From a phage, in the sequence record OZ335964.1: DNA of 64,000 bases; one strand, written 5' to 3'. Numbering within the stretch: position 1 is the stretch's first letter; each line of letters starts with the position of its first letter. The notes under the pieces are model-generated. The model saw only the letters and a list, made by a program, of their open reading frames with translations. It was not told the origin of the DNA and searched no databases. Of the stretch, positions 27,259 through 36,275 are shown one piece after another. A program made the translations under genes and the position numbers.

Positions 27259-28430
27259 CTAACTTTTTTCTTTACTGCTTTCACCTTCTGGCGAATTGCT
27301 CGAATCTCTTCGATCTCTTTTTCAGTCTCTTTAACAATTTCTTTGCGATTCTGAATATCTGTATCGAGATTATCATCAAGTTTAGGCAGCATGTCAATCA
27401 AGAACTTTTTAAAGTCTTTCAGGTTTCTGATAACAGCACCTTCACCCATTACCGCCACCCCTACACCATCCGGCAGATCGCCAAACAGTTTAACCAGTTC
27501 AGACAGATGATCATGATCTTCTAGTGCTTCTTCCGGTTCAGATGGCAGTTCAACAAAGTTATAACGTTCATCATTGCTGATGATGTGATACCAGCAAAGC
27601 CCGAATGATTTCGGTGTATATTCTACACCATCAATTTCAACCGAGTCAACACTTCCATAATCATCTACTTTAGTTACCTTAAATCCTTGTCCCAGCTTTT
27701 GAACAATTTCAACAACATGACTTGATACAGTTTCAGCGGTAAACCAATATGGCAAATTATGCTGATTTGGCTTGTAGCGTTCACCTACTTTAAATCTCTG
27801 ACCAGCCGCTTGCATAGCATGAAATTGTTGTTTCGTGATTTCCGCGAAGTATTCAAATTCGCTACCATCAAACAAGCAATTCCATTGATCACAAAAACGA
27901 TCCGCCTTGACGGTTTCACCTTTCGCGGTGATCACGGTAGCTGATCCGTGCAATTCTTCTTCAACTAAAAAGCCATATTCGACAAAATCGACAAGTTTCA
28001 TGGCTTCTTTGTGCTCTGGATCATTCTCTCCCCAGAATCGCTTAAATTCTTGCAAACCTTCCGGGGTAAACGAATAACATTTACCTTTTTCAAAGTAAGT
28101 CGGCATTGCATCCTCTTTCTTGTTCATAGCTTCGTATGCCTCTTTTGAGATACGTTTAAAGTATTTGCGCTCATTGTGCATAATCATAGTAGCCCAATAA
28201 TAAACGATATCCTCAGCGGAATAAACTACATCTCCAGCTTCAATAGTAATAACATGACCGTGGTCATCTTTTTCTAATACTTTAAAGCCCTTTTCTACGA
28301 TTTCAGCAACCCGAATATGACCACGGCGCGAAGCATCGGTCAGAATAATTGAATAGCGAGAAAAGTCTAGAAACTCATCTTTACCGCCTTCACGGAATGC
28401 ATAGTAATGACCTTCAAAGAATTTAGCCAT
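27252..28430 (-). CDS. paralog family B protein with three tandem domains (392 aa)
   Basis: Three repeats of ~100-aa module (e.g. ...GFKVLEKDDHGHVITIEAGDVVY...HNERKYFKRISKEAYEAM); C-terminal coiled coil. Confidence 0.5.
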   Translation of the reverse strand: MAKFFEGHYYAFREGGKDEFLDFSRYSIILTDASRRGHIRVAEIVEKGFKVLEKDDHGHVITIEAGDVVYSAEDIVYYWATMIMHNERKYFKRISKEAYEAMNKKEDAMPTYFEKGKCYSFTPEGLQEFKRFWGENDPEHKEAMKLVDFVEYGFLVEEELHGSATVITAKGETVKADRFCDQWNCLFDGSEFEYFAEITKQQFHAMQAAGQRFKVGERYKPNQHNLPYWFTAETVSSHVVEIVQKLGQGFKVTKVDDYGSVDSVEIDGVEYTPKSFGLCWYHIISNDERYNFVELPSEPEEALEDHDHLSELVKLFGDLPDGVGVAVMGEGAVIRNLKDFKKFLIDMLPKLDDNLDTDIQNRKEIVKETEKEIEEIRAIRQKVKAVKKKVSA

Positions 28431-28492
28431 AATATAATCCTCTCGTTGTTTAGACGGGAGTATCTTACTACTCCCGTTTCATCATGTCAAGC
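28431..28492 (-). promoter_or_regulatory. early promoter-hairpin-leader cassette (PeSL-like)
   Basis: TTGACA - hairpin GGGAGUAguaagaUACUCCC - conserved leader GAGAGGATTATATT-ATG. Confidence 0.55.
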
Positions 28493-29052
28493 GTTAAATG
28501 ACTTTTGGATCTCTTTCAGTTCAGCTACTTTATCGGCGCTGAATTTAGCGTAGGTATCATGTCGAATAATTTCACTTTCAAGAAAGGTTTCCAGCCGAGA
28601 TCTATTTTCAATAAGGAACTCTTTCAGGTCTTCCGCGTTCTTGATAAAGATTTTATTGTCGGTAATGTCATCTTCAATCGCAAAGGAGATAGAGCGAACT
28701 TTACCAAACAAGTTAATCAGATCTTCCAGAGATTCTTCTTTCTTAACTGGTTTCATTTCTTCAAACTGCTTTTTAGTGATGCGTTTAAAGTATTTGCGCT
28801 CGTTTGCAGCAATCAGAACAGATGCACCTTCATACTCATGAGTTTCTACCAGATACACACGACCCATCGCATCAACAGTGAGAACTTTAAAGCCGTTACA
28901 AAGCACGTCATACAAGAACTTATTATGTTGCGGACATCGTTTGATAAATTCCTCTGCGGACTCAGCATTACGGAAAGTGTAATAACGACCTCGTTCAAAA
29001 ACAGCATCAGTTGAAGACTTAGCCGGATACAATTTATACGTTTTCTGTACCA
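28487..29052 (-). CDS. paralog family B protein (~188 aa; start at MVQKTY)
   Basis: ...NGFKVLTVDAMGRVYLVE...ANERKYFKRITKKQFEEM matches modules in 27252..28430; SD GAGGATTATATT precedes ATG near 29052. Confidence 0.5.
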
Positions 29053-29067
29053 TAATATAATCCTCTA

Positions 29068-29340
29068 TCATTTCACTAATTGAACAGCACGAAACAGAAT
29101 GCGGTCACACGGAAGAAGCATAAATTCCCAACGCGGATCAAAGTCTTTAGCGGTATATGTTTTCCCATCAACCGAGATTTCACTTACATAACCAATAGGT
29201 GACACTTTAAGAATAGTAAATCCATTCTTGATGACTTCGTAGGTATCTTTCAATCCTTCGTAGTCATCCTCTAGGAAGTCTTTACGTGCTTGCTCAGATT
29301 TAAAAACATAGGCCACACCGGATTTAAACATCTTACGCAT
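29068..29340 (-). CDS. paralog family B single-domain protein (90 aa)
   Basis: ...NGFTILKVSPIGYVSEISVDGKTYTA... is a short version of the family B module. Confidence 0.45.
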   Translation of the reverse strand: MRKMFKSGVAYVFKSEQARKDFLEDDYEGLKDTYEVIKNGFTILKVSPIGYVSEISVDGKTYTAKDFDPRWEFMLLPCDRILFRAVQLVK

Positions 29341-29402
29341 TGTTGATTCTCCTTCTTGATTAGATGGGAGTATTTTACTACTCCCATTTCATGCTGTCAA
29401 CT
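29341..29402 (-). promoter_or_regulatory. early promoter-hairpin-leader cassette (PeSL-like)
   Basis: TTGACA - 17 nt containing GGGAGUA/UACUCCC hairpin - TAAAAT - AAGGAGAATCAACA-ATG. Confidence 0.6.
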
Positions 29403-29403
29403 A

Positions 29404-29877
29404 CTATCTTAATCTTTGTATAAATTGTTTCTTATACTTCTTCGTGATCTCTTCTCTTGTATCCGCGTCACAATAATCGAAACCTTCTGCGTCCATAATA
29501 GCAACCATCTCCGCGCGTGTCAAGCGTGAAAATCGTTTTACTTTATCAACAGCATATTGAGGATGTAAATGATTGTTGGTGTAGTCTCCTTTGATGTAAT
29601 TAACATAGTTTGTAGCCCAAACAACGAAATCAGCACCTAAAGCACCAACACCAAACCGTTTAAAGTCTCCGGTCAACGATCCTTCTAGGCGGTTGCAACA
29701 CGAATGAAGCAATCCCCTTACGCGGCCTTGCCCTTTCCCATCTAGATCGTGGTCGTGGTCAAGATGGTTTTTGCTCATATCCTCAAAAAGTGGCAATTGA
29801 CAAAGGGGGCAAATGCCCCCCTGTTTTTCGAATAGTTCTTGTTTGTACTCTTTAGCACTCTTAGCAGTCAGTAACAT
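29404..29877 (-). CDS. 49: endonuclease VII (Holliday junction resolvase) gp49
   Basis: MLLTAKS...GGICPLCQ...NHLDHDHDLDG...VRGLLHSCCN parallels recalled T4 endo VII (MLLTGK...GKCLICQ...NHLDHDHELNG...VRGLLCNLCN); start taken at internal Met. Confidence 0.85.
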   Translation of the reverse strand: MLLTAKSAKEYKQELFEKQGGICPLCQLPLFEDMSKNHLDHDHDLDGKGQGRVRGLLHSCCNRLEGSLTGDFKRFGVGALGADFVVWATNYVNYIKGDYTNNHLHPQYAVDKVKRFSRLTRAEMVAIMDAEGFDYCDADTREEITKKYKKQFIQRLR

Positions 29878-29901
29878 AAATTCACCCTCCAAAGAAGGTA
29901 T

Positions 29902-30195
29902 TTAACCATTAATCTTGTTTTTGACTACAAAGGATCGGAACTCATCAAAGCCACCAATATAATCACCATTATAGAAAATCTGCGGCATGGTGGCAATAAC
30001 TTCTACCCCTGCGCGATCCTGAATATCGGCAATGATAGAATCAATCTTTACAGGGCGACCGTTTTCGTCAACACCATCATTAACCGGAATGTAGATGTAA
30101 GGGATCTTACGCGATTCACAAAGGCGCTTTGCATTCTGGCAATACTTACAGTTGTAACCTTCAAAACCAAAAATTTCTACCATATTATACCTCAA
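29902..30195 (-). CDS. nrdC: glutaredoxin/thioredoxin NrdC
   Basis: 97 aa; CKYC active site, ...NAKRL..., ...MPQIFYNGDYIGGFDEF... as in T4 thioredoxin. Confidence 0.75.
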   Translation of the reverse strand: MRYNMVEIFGFEGYNCKYCQNAKRLCESRKIPYIYIPVNDGVDENGRPVKIDSIIADIQDRAGVEVIATMPQIFYNGDYIGGFDEFRSFVVKNKING

Positions 30196-31004
30196 TCTAC
30201 GTTAGTTACATAAACTTCTTGTGTATCAGAAGACTTGCCTCCTGAACGATCTAGGCAATAGGTCTTATTCAACAGGACGCAGTTTAGATCATTCCTCTTG
30301 ATAAAGTCAAGAAGATGATCATTTACCTTTCCCTTATGATGCGTGACATTACTGATACCAAACTGAAAACCACGCACCATAATAGATTCCACCCACTGAT
30401 AGAATTTAATCTCTTCCTCGTCACTCCAGAACTTATTATATTCCGCAGAAGTGATAAGGTACGGCGGGTCCAAATAAACGAAATCGCCTGGCAAGATCTC
30501 GATCTCGTCATATCGTCCAGAAGTAAAATTGATTCGACCGTCTTTGTTTTCTTCTTTAAAATTCAGGACACGCTCTACCGCGTTTTCGTTAAAAGTCCGG
30601 CGACCAAAATTAGCATTAAATTCGCCCTTCCGGTTATGTCGGTTAATGTTGCTAAAACTATGCTGAATCAACACAAACAGCGATAGCGGATCTGGATTCT
30701 CGTTATACTTCTTACGGAATGTCATGTAAGCGTCTTTATCTTCGCGAGACAAACCATTCTCGGCAATAATCCGCTTGATCGTAGAAACCGGATCAGGACA
30801 CTCGTCAATGGCCTTGTAAGCGTCAATTAAACGATGGTCGTAGTCATTAGCCAGCACATCACCTTCGACGTACAGAGACACGCTCAAGCCACCACAAAAG
30901 GCATCGACAAAGCGGTTATAGTGCTTAGGGAAATACTTACTAACACCAGGCAATAACTTTTCCTTATTGCCCGTATAGGGAATTAAACCTAATGCTTTCT
31001 TCAT
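30192..31004 (-). CDS. dam: DNA adenine methyltransferase Dam
   Basis: 270 aa; FVDAFCGGLSVSL (AdoMet site) and DFVYLDPPYLITSAEYNKFWSDEEE (DPPY) near-identical in pattern to recalled T4 Dam. Confidence 0.9.
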   Translation of the reverse strand: MKKALGLIPYTGNKEKLLPGVSKYFPKHYNRFVDAFCGGLSVSLYVEGDVLANDYDHRLIDAYKAIDECPDPVSTIKRIIAENGLSREDKDAYMTFRKKYNENPDPLSLFVLIQHSFSNINRHNRKGEFNANFGRRTFNENAVERVLNFKEENKDGRINFTSGRYDEIEILPGDFVYLDPPYLITSAEYNKFWSDEEEIKFYQWVESIMVRGFQFGISNVTHHKGKVNDHLLDFIKRNDLNCVLLNKTYCLDRSGGKSSDTQEVYVTNVD

Positions 31005-31435
31005 TATCCCTTCCTCAAATACGTTCGCTCAATCTCTACCAGTTCGAAAAATTCTTGCCAACCGCAAGGAAAATTGCAGTTTCCAAAATGATCCTCTTTG
31101 TAAAGTTCTTTACCGGATGGCAGCTTAATATCTGTTACGCTGTAGTATCCGCAACAATCGCAATCACCCTCTGTATATTCTGTTTTAGTCGGAATATCCA
31201 TCATTGCCAGATACAAAGGTACATCGTCTTGCTCAAAGTTCATGTAACCTTCATGGTCAAACGAAACAAAATTGTCATCACCGCCGAAAGGGATATAATG
31301 GTCATAATCGGTTACAGGTTGACCGTGTAATTCCCATTCTACAATTTTAACATTACCGCTAAAATTGATACCCATAATTTCAACAAGAAAATGAGTATCG
31401 TCAATGTAAATCTTACTAGGAGTTGGATAAACCAT
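31004..31435 (-). CDS. hypothetical protein (143 aa)
   Basis: Co-oriented ORF; Cys cluster DCDCCGYY...CNFPCGW. Confidence 0.4.
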   Translation of the reverse strand: MVYPTPSKIYIDDTHFLVEIMGINFSGNVKIVEWELHGQPVTDYDHYIPFGGDDNFVSFDHEGYMNFEQDDVPLYLAMMDIPTKTEYTEGDCDCCGYYSVTDIKLPSGKELYKEDHFGNCNFPCGWQEFFELVEIERTYLRKG

Positions 31436-31445
31436 TATATAATCC

Positions 31446-31742
31446 TCATATCTCAGAGAATAGAATCTCTGTTAATCGCACTGACTGCTCTCTGAATGTT
31501 AGCGTATACTCGAAAGGAAAGTCAACACCTAATTTCAGAAGAGAATAGCCTACCGCCTCTTTATGCTTATCTGTTAGGGCAATCCTAACCAATTCCCGTT
31601 GAATCTCTTTAGGCGGTGAATGGATAGTAACACGGGTATCATGTAATGTCCAGTCACCATTTCGAATTAAGATTAACGGTTTATCATCATTGAAGATCAC
31701 CGACCCCTTTCCGGTCGGTGAGTGTTTTATACTAATCATCAA
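31446..31742 (-). CDS. hypothetical protein (98 aa)
   Basis: Co-oriented ORF. Confidence 0.4.
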   Translation of the reverse strand: MMISIKHSPTGKGSVIFNDDKPLILIRNGDWTLHDTRVTIHSPPKEIQRELVRIALTDKHKEAVGYSLLKLGVDFPFEYTLTFREQSVRLTEILFSEI

Positions 31743-31953
31743 ATTCTAAGAAATATTCTGGAACGATATAACCGTTAAAGTCATTGCACTTATAAAAATG
31801 TGGTGCATTTAATGCTGGATGAGCATTAGTAAAGAGTTTACCCTCTAGAAACAGAATGTAATTAATAGGTCTAATACCGACAGAATCAGGATCTAATCCC
31901 TTTTCTCTCAGTTCAGCCAGCGTTAAAACTCGTCCAGATCGTAACTTAGCCAT
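31732..31953 (-). CDS. hypothetical protein (73 aa)
   Basis: Co-oriented ORF. Confidence 0.35.
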   Translation of the reverse strand: MAKLRSGRVLTLAELREKGLDPDSVGIRPINYILFLEGKLFTNAHPALNAPHFYKCNDFNGYIVPEYFLEFDD

Positions 31954-32239
31954 GATTTACCCCAAATTCATCAAGATTGTGTCGCAGCATTTCAGAGTAT
32001 TTTTCTACTTCCTTGATCTTAGTGTGGATATCCACGATCTCATCTTCACTATCAGATAGTTTAATGGCAATCGCGAGCGTGCTTTTACCAGCTTTCATAG
32101 TCTCTTTCCGTTCAACCAATAGATCCGCGTGTTTCAATAGCAATTCTTCACGTCGAACATAAGCGACGGTCAAAGCCTCATCAGCAATTTCTAAAGCATT
32201 TTCAGCGACACCAACAACCATTTTACGAGTAGACAGCAT
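31946..32239 (-). CDS. hypothetical protein (97 aa)
   Basis: Co-oriented ORF. Confidence 0.4.
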   Translation of the reverse strand: MLSTRKMVVGVAENALEIADEALTVAYVRREELLLKHADLLVERKETMKAGKSTLAIAIKLSDSEDEIVDIHTKIKEVEKYSEMLRHNLDEFGVNHG

Positions 32240-32253
32240 AAATTCACCTCACA

Positions 32254-32562
32254 TTATTTCACGTTAACGCCGTCATCAATCCAGCCGACGCTATTTGGTT
32301 TAACAGTTTTACCATAGGATGCATACTTAATCAAGCATGGTTTAACATCGTTATCAAATCTTCCTAAACGTACTCCAAAATCAGGAATATCCATGTATGC
32401 GGCTTTATATCCCCATGTGCCATATTCAGAATCAATCTCAACCGGACGGCCTTTAAAAGCATACACTACACCGTGACGGTCAACGATAACATAGCAATAG
32501 CCAGCCGGAAGATACACAGTTTCGCCGTAAACTTTAACTGGAGTAGCAGAAGAGATAAACAT
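32254..32562 (-). CDS. hypothetical protein (102 aa)
   Basis: Co-oriented ORF with GAGGATTATATT-ATG leader. Confidence 0.4.
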   Translation of the reverse strand: MFISSATPVKVYGETVYLPAGYCYVIVDRHGVVYAFKGRPVEIDSEYGTWGYKAAYMDIPDFGVRLGRFDNDVKPCLIKYASYGKTVKPNSVGWIDDGVNVK

Positions 32563-32631
32563 AATATAATCCTCACATCGTTCATTTGATGCGGTTATTA
32601 TAGGATAACCGCATTTTCATGTCAACAGTTT

Positions 32632-33006
32632 TTAAAAATCTTCTTCCGGTTTATATCGACCGTCATCGACTGGTTTTGGACTGAATCCTGTATGTGTGCG
32701 CGGTTTAACTTCCGGTTTGCCAGCAATCATCAAACCAAAACATTTCAATCCTTTATAGCACATAACAATATTAACCACTGTCCACGTTATAGGCCATACG
32801 ATTGCAGCAATACAAAATGCTCCTGTATCGACCTCTTTGGTGTCCTTGTCGAATCTGGCGTACAAGCAGAATACTAGATACGAGATCATTGCACCTGTAG
32901 GCCAGATATAAAGCACATTAACAATATCTTGTGTTGTCACGTTATCCTCCTTACATGTCTTGCAGTGCATAAAAGCATTTTTCTTCGTAGTCATAGAAAA
33001 TGTCAA
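32632..33006 (-). CDS. membrane protein (<=124 aa; start probably internal)
   Basis: Two hydrophobic helices (AMISYLVFCLYA; AFCIAAIVWPITWTVVNIVM). Confidence 0.4.
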   Translation of the reverse strand: MTFSMTTKKNAFMHCKTCKEDNVTTQDIVNVLYIWPTGAMISYLVFCLYARFDKDTKEVDTGAFCIAAIVWPITWTVVNIVMCYKGLKCFGLMIAGKPEVKPRTHTGFSPKPVDDGRYKPEEDF

Positions 33007-33229
33007 AGTATGCTTTTTCTACATACTCGCCATTGATCCAAGCGGCAGTAACAATCAGAGTGGTCCAGTTAGATCCGCTCTCAACGGTAAAGGTTTTAAT
33101 ACCCAGCTTCGCTGCTAAGTCGAACGCAAACCGGACGCAACCACGGCAGGAAGTGATATTGGAAGTTTTGATTTTAAAGCCACCGCGAGTTTTAGAAATT
33201 TCTACTTTAGCGAAAGACAGGTTGCTCAT
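32951..33229 (-). CDS. hypothetical protein (92 aa)
   Basis: ORF directly downstream of a promoter cassette with AGGAGAATCAAA-ATG. Confidence 0.45.
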   Translation of the reverse strand: MSNLSFAKVEISKTRGGFKIKTSNITSCRGCVRFAFDLAAKLGIKTFTVESGSNWTTLIVTAAWINGEYVEKAYFDIFYDYEEKCFYALQDM

Positions 33230-33302
33230 TTTGATTCTCCTTAAGAAAGTGTGTTTCGTTTTGATGTGTGTAGTATAGGGGATCGGTGATCCCCTGTCAA
33301 CA
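33230..33302 (-). promoter_or_regulatory. early promoter-hairpin-leader cassette (PeSL-like)
   Basis: TTGACA - GGGGAUCaccGAUCCCC (17-nt spacer hairpin) - TATACT - leader CAUCAAAACGAAACACAC - AGGAGAATCAAA-ATG. Confidence 0.65.
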
Positions 33303-33309
33303 ACTTTTT

Positions 33310-33639
33310 TTATGAGTTTAGTGAATTAACTACTACATCAAAATGATGTACAGAGTACACCTTATTAAACACATACTCATCGTGTTTAGGAATAGCCCCT
33401 AATCGCTCTATTTCGCTCGCTAACACGATAAACCGTTTATCCGGTGCATTTACCTTATATGCTTCAACAACGCACGGGAAACGCGTTTCAGAGAGTTCTG
33501 GATAGTTTTCTGAATCCATCAGGACAATGAATACCCTGTTACATTGATTGTAGAATCCTGTTTTTGATTTCATCAAGTTTTCTTCTCTGTACAATTCGTG
33601 CAATCTTCCTTTCATGATTTCGTTGGTTCTTGTCTTCAC
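33310..33639 (-). CDS. hypothetical protein (start uncertain)
   Basis: ORF overlaps 33539..33880 by ~100 nt in another frame; true start probably an internal Met. Confidence 0.35.
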   Translation of the reverse strand: MKTRTNEIMKGRLHELYREENLMKSKTGFYNQCNRVFIVLMDSENYPELSETRFPCVVEAYKVNAPDKRFIVLASEIERLGAIPKHDEYVFNKVYSVHHFDVVVNSLNS

Positions 33640-33880
33640 AGTTTACCCACTCAACAAGATCTTTACCTAACTCGAAAGCCCATTCTCGGTCTTGCTTTAC
33701 GTTTTGTAGGTATGGACTTTCTGACACTCTACGAAGTGATGTTGTCGTAACAAGAATGATCCCAAGAATGGTCGGATGTTCCTTTCCATATACAATAGGA
33801 CGCGAGTCACTATCAATACCTTGTAAGAAGGTGTATCCTGAATCACTTAGAATCATATACTTTTTCATTTCACACATCAC
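33539..33880 (-). CDS. hypothetical protein (113 aa)
   Basis: Co-oriented ORF. Confidence 0.4.
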   Translation of the reverse strand: MMCEMKKYMILSDSGYTFLQGIDSDSRPIVYGKEHPTILGIILVTTTSLRRVSESPYLQNVKQDREWAFELGKDLVEWVNCEDKNQRNHERKIARIVQRRKLDEIKNRILQSM

Positions 33881-34134
33881 AGTTTCCTCAACCAGTTATT
33901 AAAGCGAGCAAACCATGATGCTTTTCGTGCTTCTTTTACTTTATGTGCACGAAAACCACTGAAACACCATTCATAATCATCACCGAAACATGATTCAACA
34001 GGAACACCCGCATTTCGTAGTTCTCTGGTCTTTATCATAAATCCTTGACATAAGGGGCGACCTTCAACAATGATAGGAAGTTTAACTTTTTCCATGAAAG
34101 TATACCCAGCACGGTCAATAATTTCAATTTTCAT
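33877..34134 (-). CDS. hypothetical protein (85 aa)
   Basis: Co-oriented ORF, stop/start overlaps. Confidence 0.4.
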   Translation of the reverse strand: MKIEIIDRAGYTFMEKVKLPIIVEGRPLCQGFMIKTRELRNAGVPVESCFGDDYEWCFSGFRAHKVKEARKASWFARFNNWLRKL

Positions 34135-34379
34135 TTTACATTGTCTCCATAGATCTTTCCATCAATATCAATTTCACCAGCACGAACATCTAGGATAAGA
34201 TGCGGTAGGTGTATGCAGTTTTCCCACCCTACGCGCTTCATTTCTTCTACGGTAACGTAAGCCCATCCGTTCGCTGTAATAAAGTCTACTTCAACCTTGA
34301 GAGGAAAGCAAGACTTTTTTATGTCTTCAAATCCGACAATGTGTTTTGTCGTTGAATATGGAATATATCCGGTGATCAT
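34131..34379 (-). CDS. hypothetical protein (82 aa)
   Basis: Co-oriented ORF. Confidence 0.4.
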   Translation of the reverse strand: MITGYIPYSTTKHIVGFEDIKKSCFPLKVEVDFITANGWAYVTVEEMKRVGWENCIHLPHLILDVRAGEIDIDGKIYGDNVK

Positions 34380-34837
34380 TTTGTGATCTCCTTATACTCA
34401 ACACACCATAAGCGGGTAGCCCATGATAAACGCTCATAACGCTGGCAGAAATCGGACCATAGATATTGTGTACCGTCTTGCATAGTTGAAATATGCGTTT
34501 TCTCTCCTACTTTCACGAATGAAGTATTCGATTTTGTGATCTCGACCGGAGTATATCCGAAAGCTGGTTCCAAGTCAACATCTGAACTAAATGCTAATTT
34601 AACAGAATTTGTTTTTCTGACCGCTGTCCGGTTTCCTTCTGGGTACAGCACAGCAGGTTTAGCGCCTAAGCGGATAAACTCAGTGTTTTTAATAAACAGA
34701 ATATCATGATAACCGTCATATTCCGACACTTCCATAGTAACAGGAAAATCGACATGTTCTAAACCCGGTAGATCTCGCATATCATGAAATGTAGCCATCA
34801 ACTTTTTCATTCTATATTCCTCACTCTTCTGTTTCAT
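34376..34837 (-). CDS. hypothetical protein (153 aa)
   Basis: Co-oriented ORF. Confidence 0.4.
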   Translation of the reverse strand: MKQKSEEYRMKKLMATFHDMRDLPGLEHVDFPVTMEVSEYDGYHDILFIKNTEFIRLGAKPAVLYPEGNRTAVRKTNSVKLAFSSDVDLEPAFGYTPVEITKSNTSFVKVGEKTHISTMQDGTQYLWSDFCQRYERLSWATRLWCVEYKEITK

Positions 34838-35057
34838 TTCTTTTATATGGTACTATAACAGGATTAATACAGCAAGCACCAATTACGTTATGAGCACCAC
34901 AATTTAAACATTTATAGTCATGGAACTTATTAAGGAATCGACCAAACTCATAACCGACTAGCGCCGCATGTACTTGAGTCTCGATCTCATCCATATCAGC
35001 CAATGTTTTAGCCTTCATAGTATAATCCTCAAACGGTAGTTTTGCGAAGATGGTCAT
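34821..35057 (-). CDS. hypothetical Cys-rich protein (78 aa)
   Basis: CLNCGAHNVIGACC cluster. Confidence 0.35.
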   Translation of the reverse strand: MTIFAKLPFEDYTMKAKTLADMDEIETQVHAALVGYEFGRFLNKFHDYKCLNCGAHNVIGACCINPVIVPYKRNETEE

Positions 35058-35319
35058 TACATGCTTTTAATGCATCAGTCGCGGTGTCATAGCGAGTATT
35101 ATCATAGCACCAGTAACCATCGGTCAACTGATAAATCAATCCATCCCTTTTAGCTTCGATGAAAGATAACTCTTTGAAAGTTTCTACTTTCTTTGCTGAT
35201 ACTCCACGGTCACGGCGCTTATAGAGTTTAGCTAAAATGCGTTCAGCTTGTTCCTCTTTATCACCAGACAGATCCCAAATAATGTTGCGGATATGTTTGA
35301 TTAATTGTTCAGTGGTCAT
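35029..35319 (-). CDS. hypothetical protein (96 aa)
   Basis: Directly downstream of promoter cassette at 35320-35378. Confidence 0.4.
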   Translation of the reverse strand: MTTEQLIKHIRNIIWDLSGDKEEQAERILAKLYKRRDRGVSAKKVETFKELSFIEAKRDGLIYQLTDGYWCYDNTRYDTATDALKACNDHLRKTTV

Positions 35320-35378
35320 CTTTGATTCTCCTTAGTTGGTATGTGTGCATTATAGCACTATGACTTTCATTGTCAACA
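35320..35378 (-). promoter_or_regulatory. sigma70-type early promoter with conserved leader
   Basis: TTGACA - 16 nt - TATAAT (flanked by GUGC/GCAC mini-hairpin) - AAGGAGAATCAAAG-ATG. Confidence 0.6.
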
Positions 35379-35380
35379 AC

Positions 35381-35412
35381 TAAAAACAAAAAAGGCTACC
35401 CCTAAGGATAGC
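35381..35412 (-). terminator. rho-independent terminator
   Basis: Minus strand GGGCUAUCC-UUAGG-GGUAGCC followed by UUUUUUGUUUUU, right after stop of 35421..36221. Confidence 0.6.
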
Positions 35413-35420
35413 CCATAAAA

Positions 35421-36221
35421 TTACACGCGAGCACCGTAGATCGTGCCTACTTTATCCCAGCGAGGGGCATTGCCAGTAACAGCCTTACCAGCTGCACCAG
35501 CACCACTGGCATTATAGTTTGATGTACGAACGGCAGCACCACCAGCCGCACCAACGTTACCACCAGCACCACTCATGTTATTACCATCAACGGTTACTTT
35601 ACCACCTGCGGCGGTTAACGATGCATTACCACCATTACCACGACCACCACGACCACCTGTACCGAAAGGACGACCACCACCGCCGCCTGCAACGCCAGCT
35701 AATGTGAAGTTATAGTCTATGGACCATCCGCCGCCGCCACCGCCACCGCCAGCAATTGCACCATTATTCGTAATACGTAAGCGTGTACCGATGCCATTAT
35801 TGATCGCTGTACCCCCGGCGGTCGCACGAACTAAAGCATCTCCAGATCCACCACTAGACCCAGATCCGTTACCGCCACGACCATATACAGTGACGCCGGA
35901 ATTAATGATAAGAGTTACATATTCATTAGTTAATGAGCTAGGGAAATCCAGACACGGAACACCAGCAGAATTAGAAACAAGATCCCCGGTAATAGTAACT
36001 ACTACCGGAGTAGACCCCTGTGATTTTAGATAGTTAATCAGAGTATCTTTATTGTAGTTGTGGTTTGCACCAATGCTATAATGAATCTCTTTAGAGCGTC
36101 CGACCATCGCCGACATATACGCCGGACGACCTAAGCGAACAGCTTGCATTGCGGCGCTCATCCACCGTTGACCAGTCTCAGCAACAGCCGATGATCCTAC
36201 CCAACCTGCTTTAATTGCCAT
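35421..36221 (-). CDS. glycine-rich protein resembling T2-type gp38 tail-fibre adhesin
   Basis: 266 aa; N-terminus WVGSSAVAETGQRWMSAAMQAVRLG...IGANHNYN...VVVTITGDLVS...VYGRGGNG then poly-Gly runs (AIAGGGGGGGGW, GGGGGRPFGTGGRGG), C-terminal WDKVGTIYGARV; matches my recollection of gp38 adhesin architecture. No alignment run. Confidence 0.5.
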   Translation of the reverse strand: MAIKAGWVGSSAVAETGQRWMSAAMQAVRLGRPAYMSAMVGRSKEIHYSIGANHNYNKDTLINYLKSQGSTPVVVTITGDLVSNSAGVPCLDFPSSLTNEYVTLIINSGVTVYGRGGNGSGSSGGSGDALVRATAGGTAINNGIGTRLRITNNGAIAGGGGGGGGWSIDYNFTLAGVAGGGGGRPFGTGGRGGRGNGGNASLTAAGGKVTVDGNNMSGAGGNVGAAGGAAVRTSNYNASGAGAAGKAVTGNAPRWDKVGTIYGARV

Positions 36222-36275
36222 AAGGTTTCCTCACAAGAAAAGCCCCATTTAAGGGGCATTGATTGATAATATTAC

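Noticed and set aside
33310-33880. Programmed frameshift joining 33539..33880 and 33310..33639
   Set aside because: The overlap is more simply explained by the ORF track extending the downstream gene to the farthest upstream start. An internal Met near 33519 removes the overlap. I saw no slippery heptamer or pseudoknot.
35519-36033. Plus-strand ORFs 35519..35707 (His/Tyr-rich) and 35719..36033 (poly-Pro)
   Set aside because: They are antisense read-outs of the GGN-rich codons of the glycine-rich gene 35421..36221 (GGx read in reverse gives Pro/His), so low-complexity artefacts.
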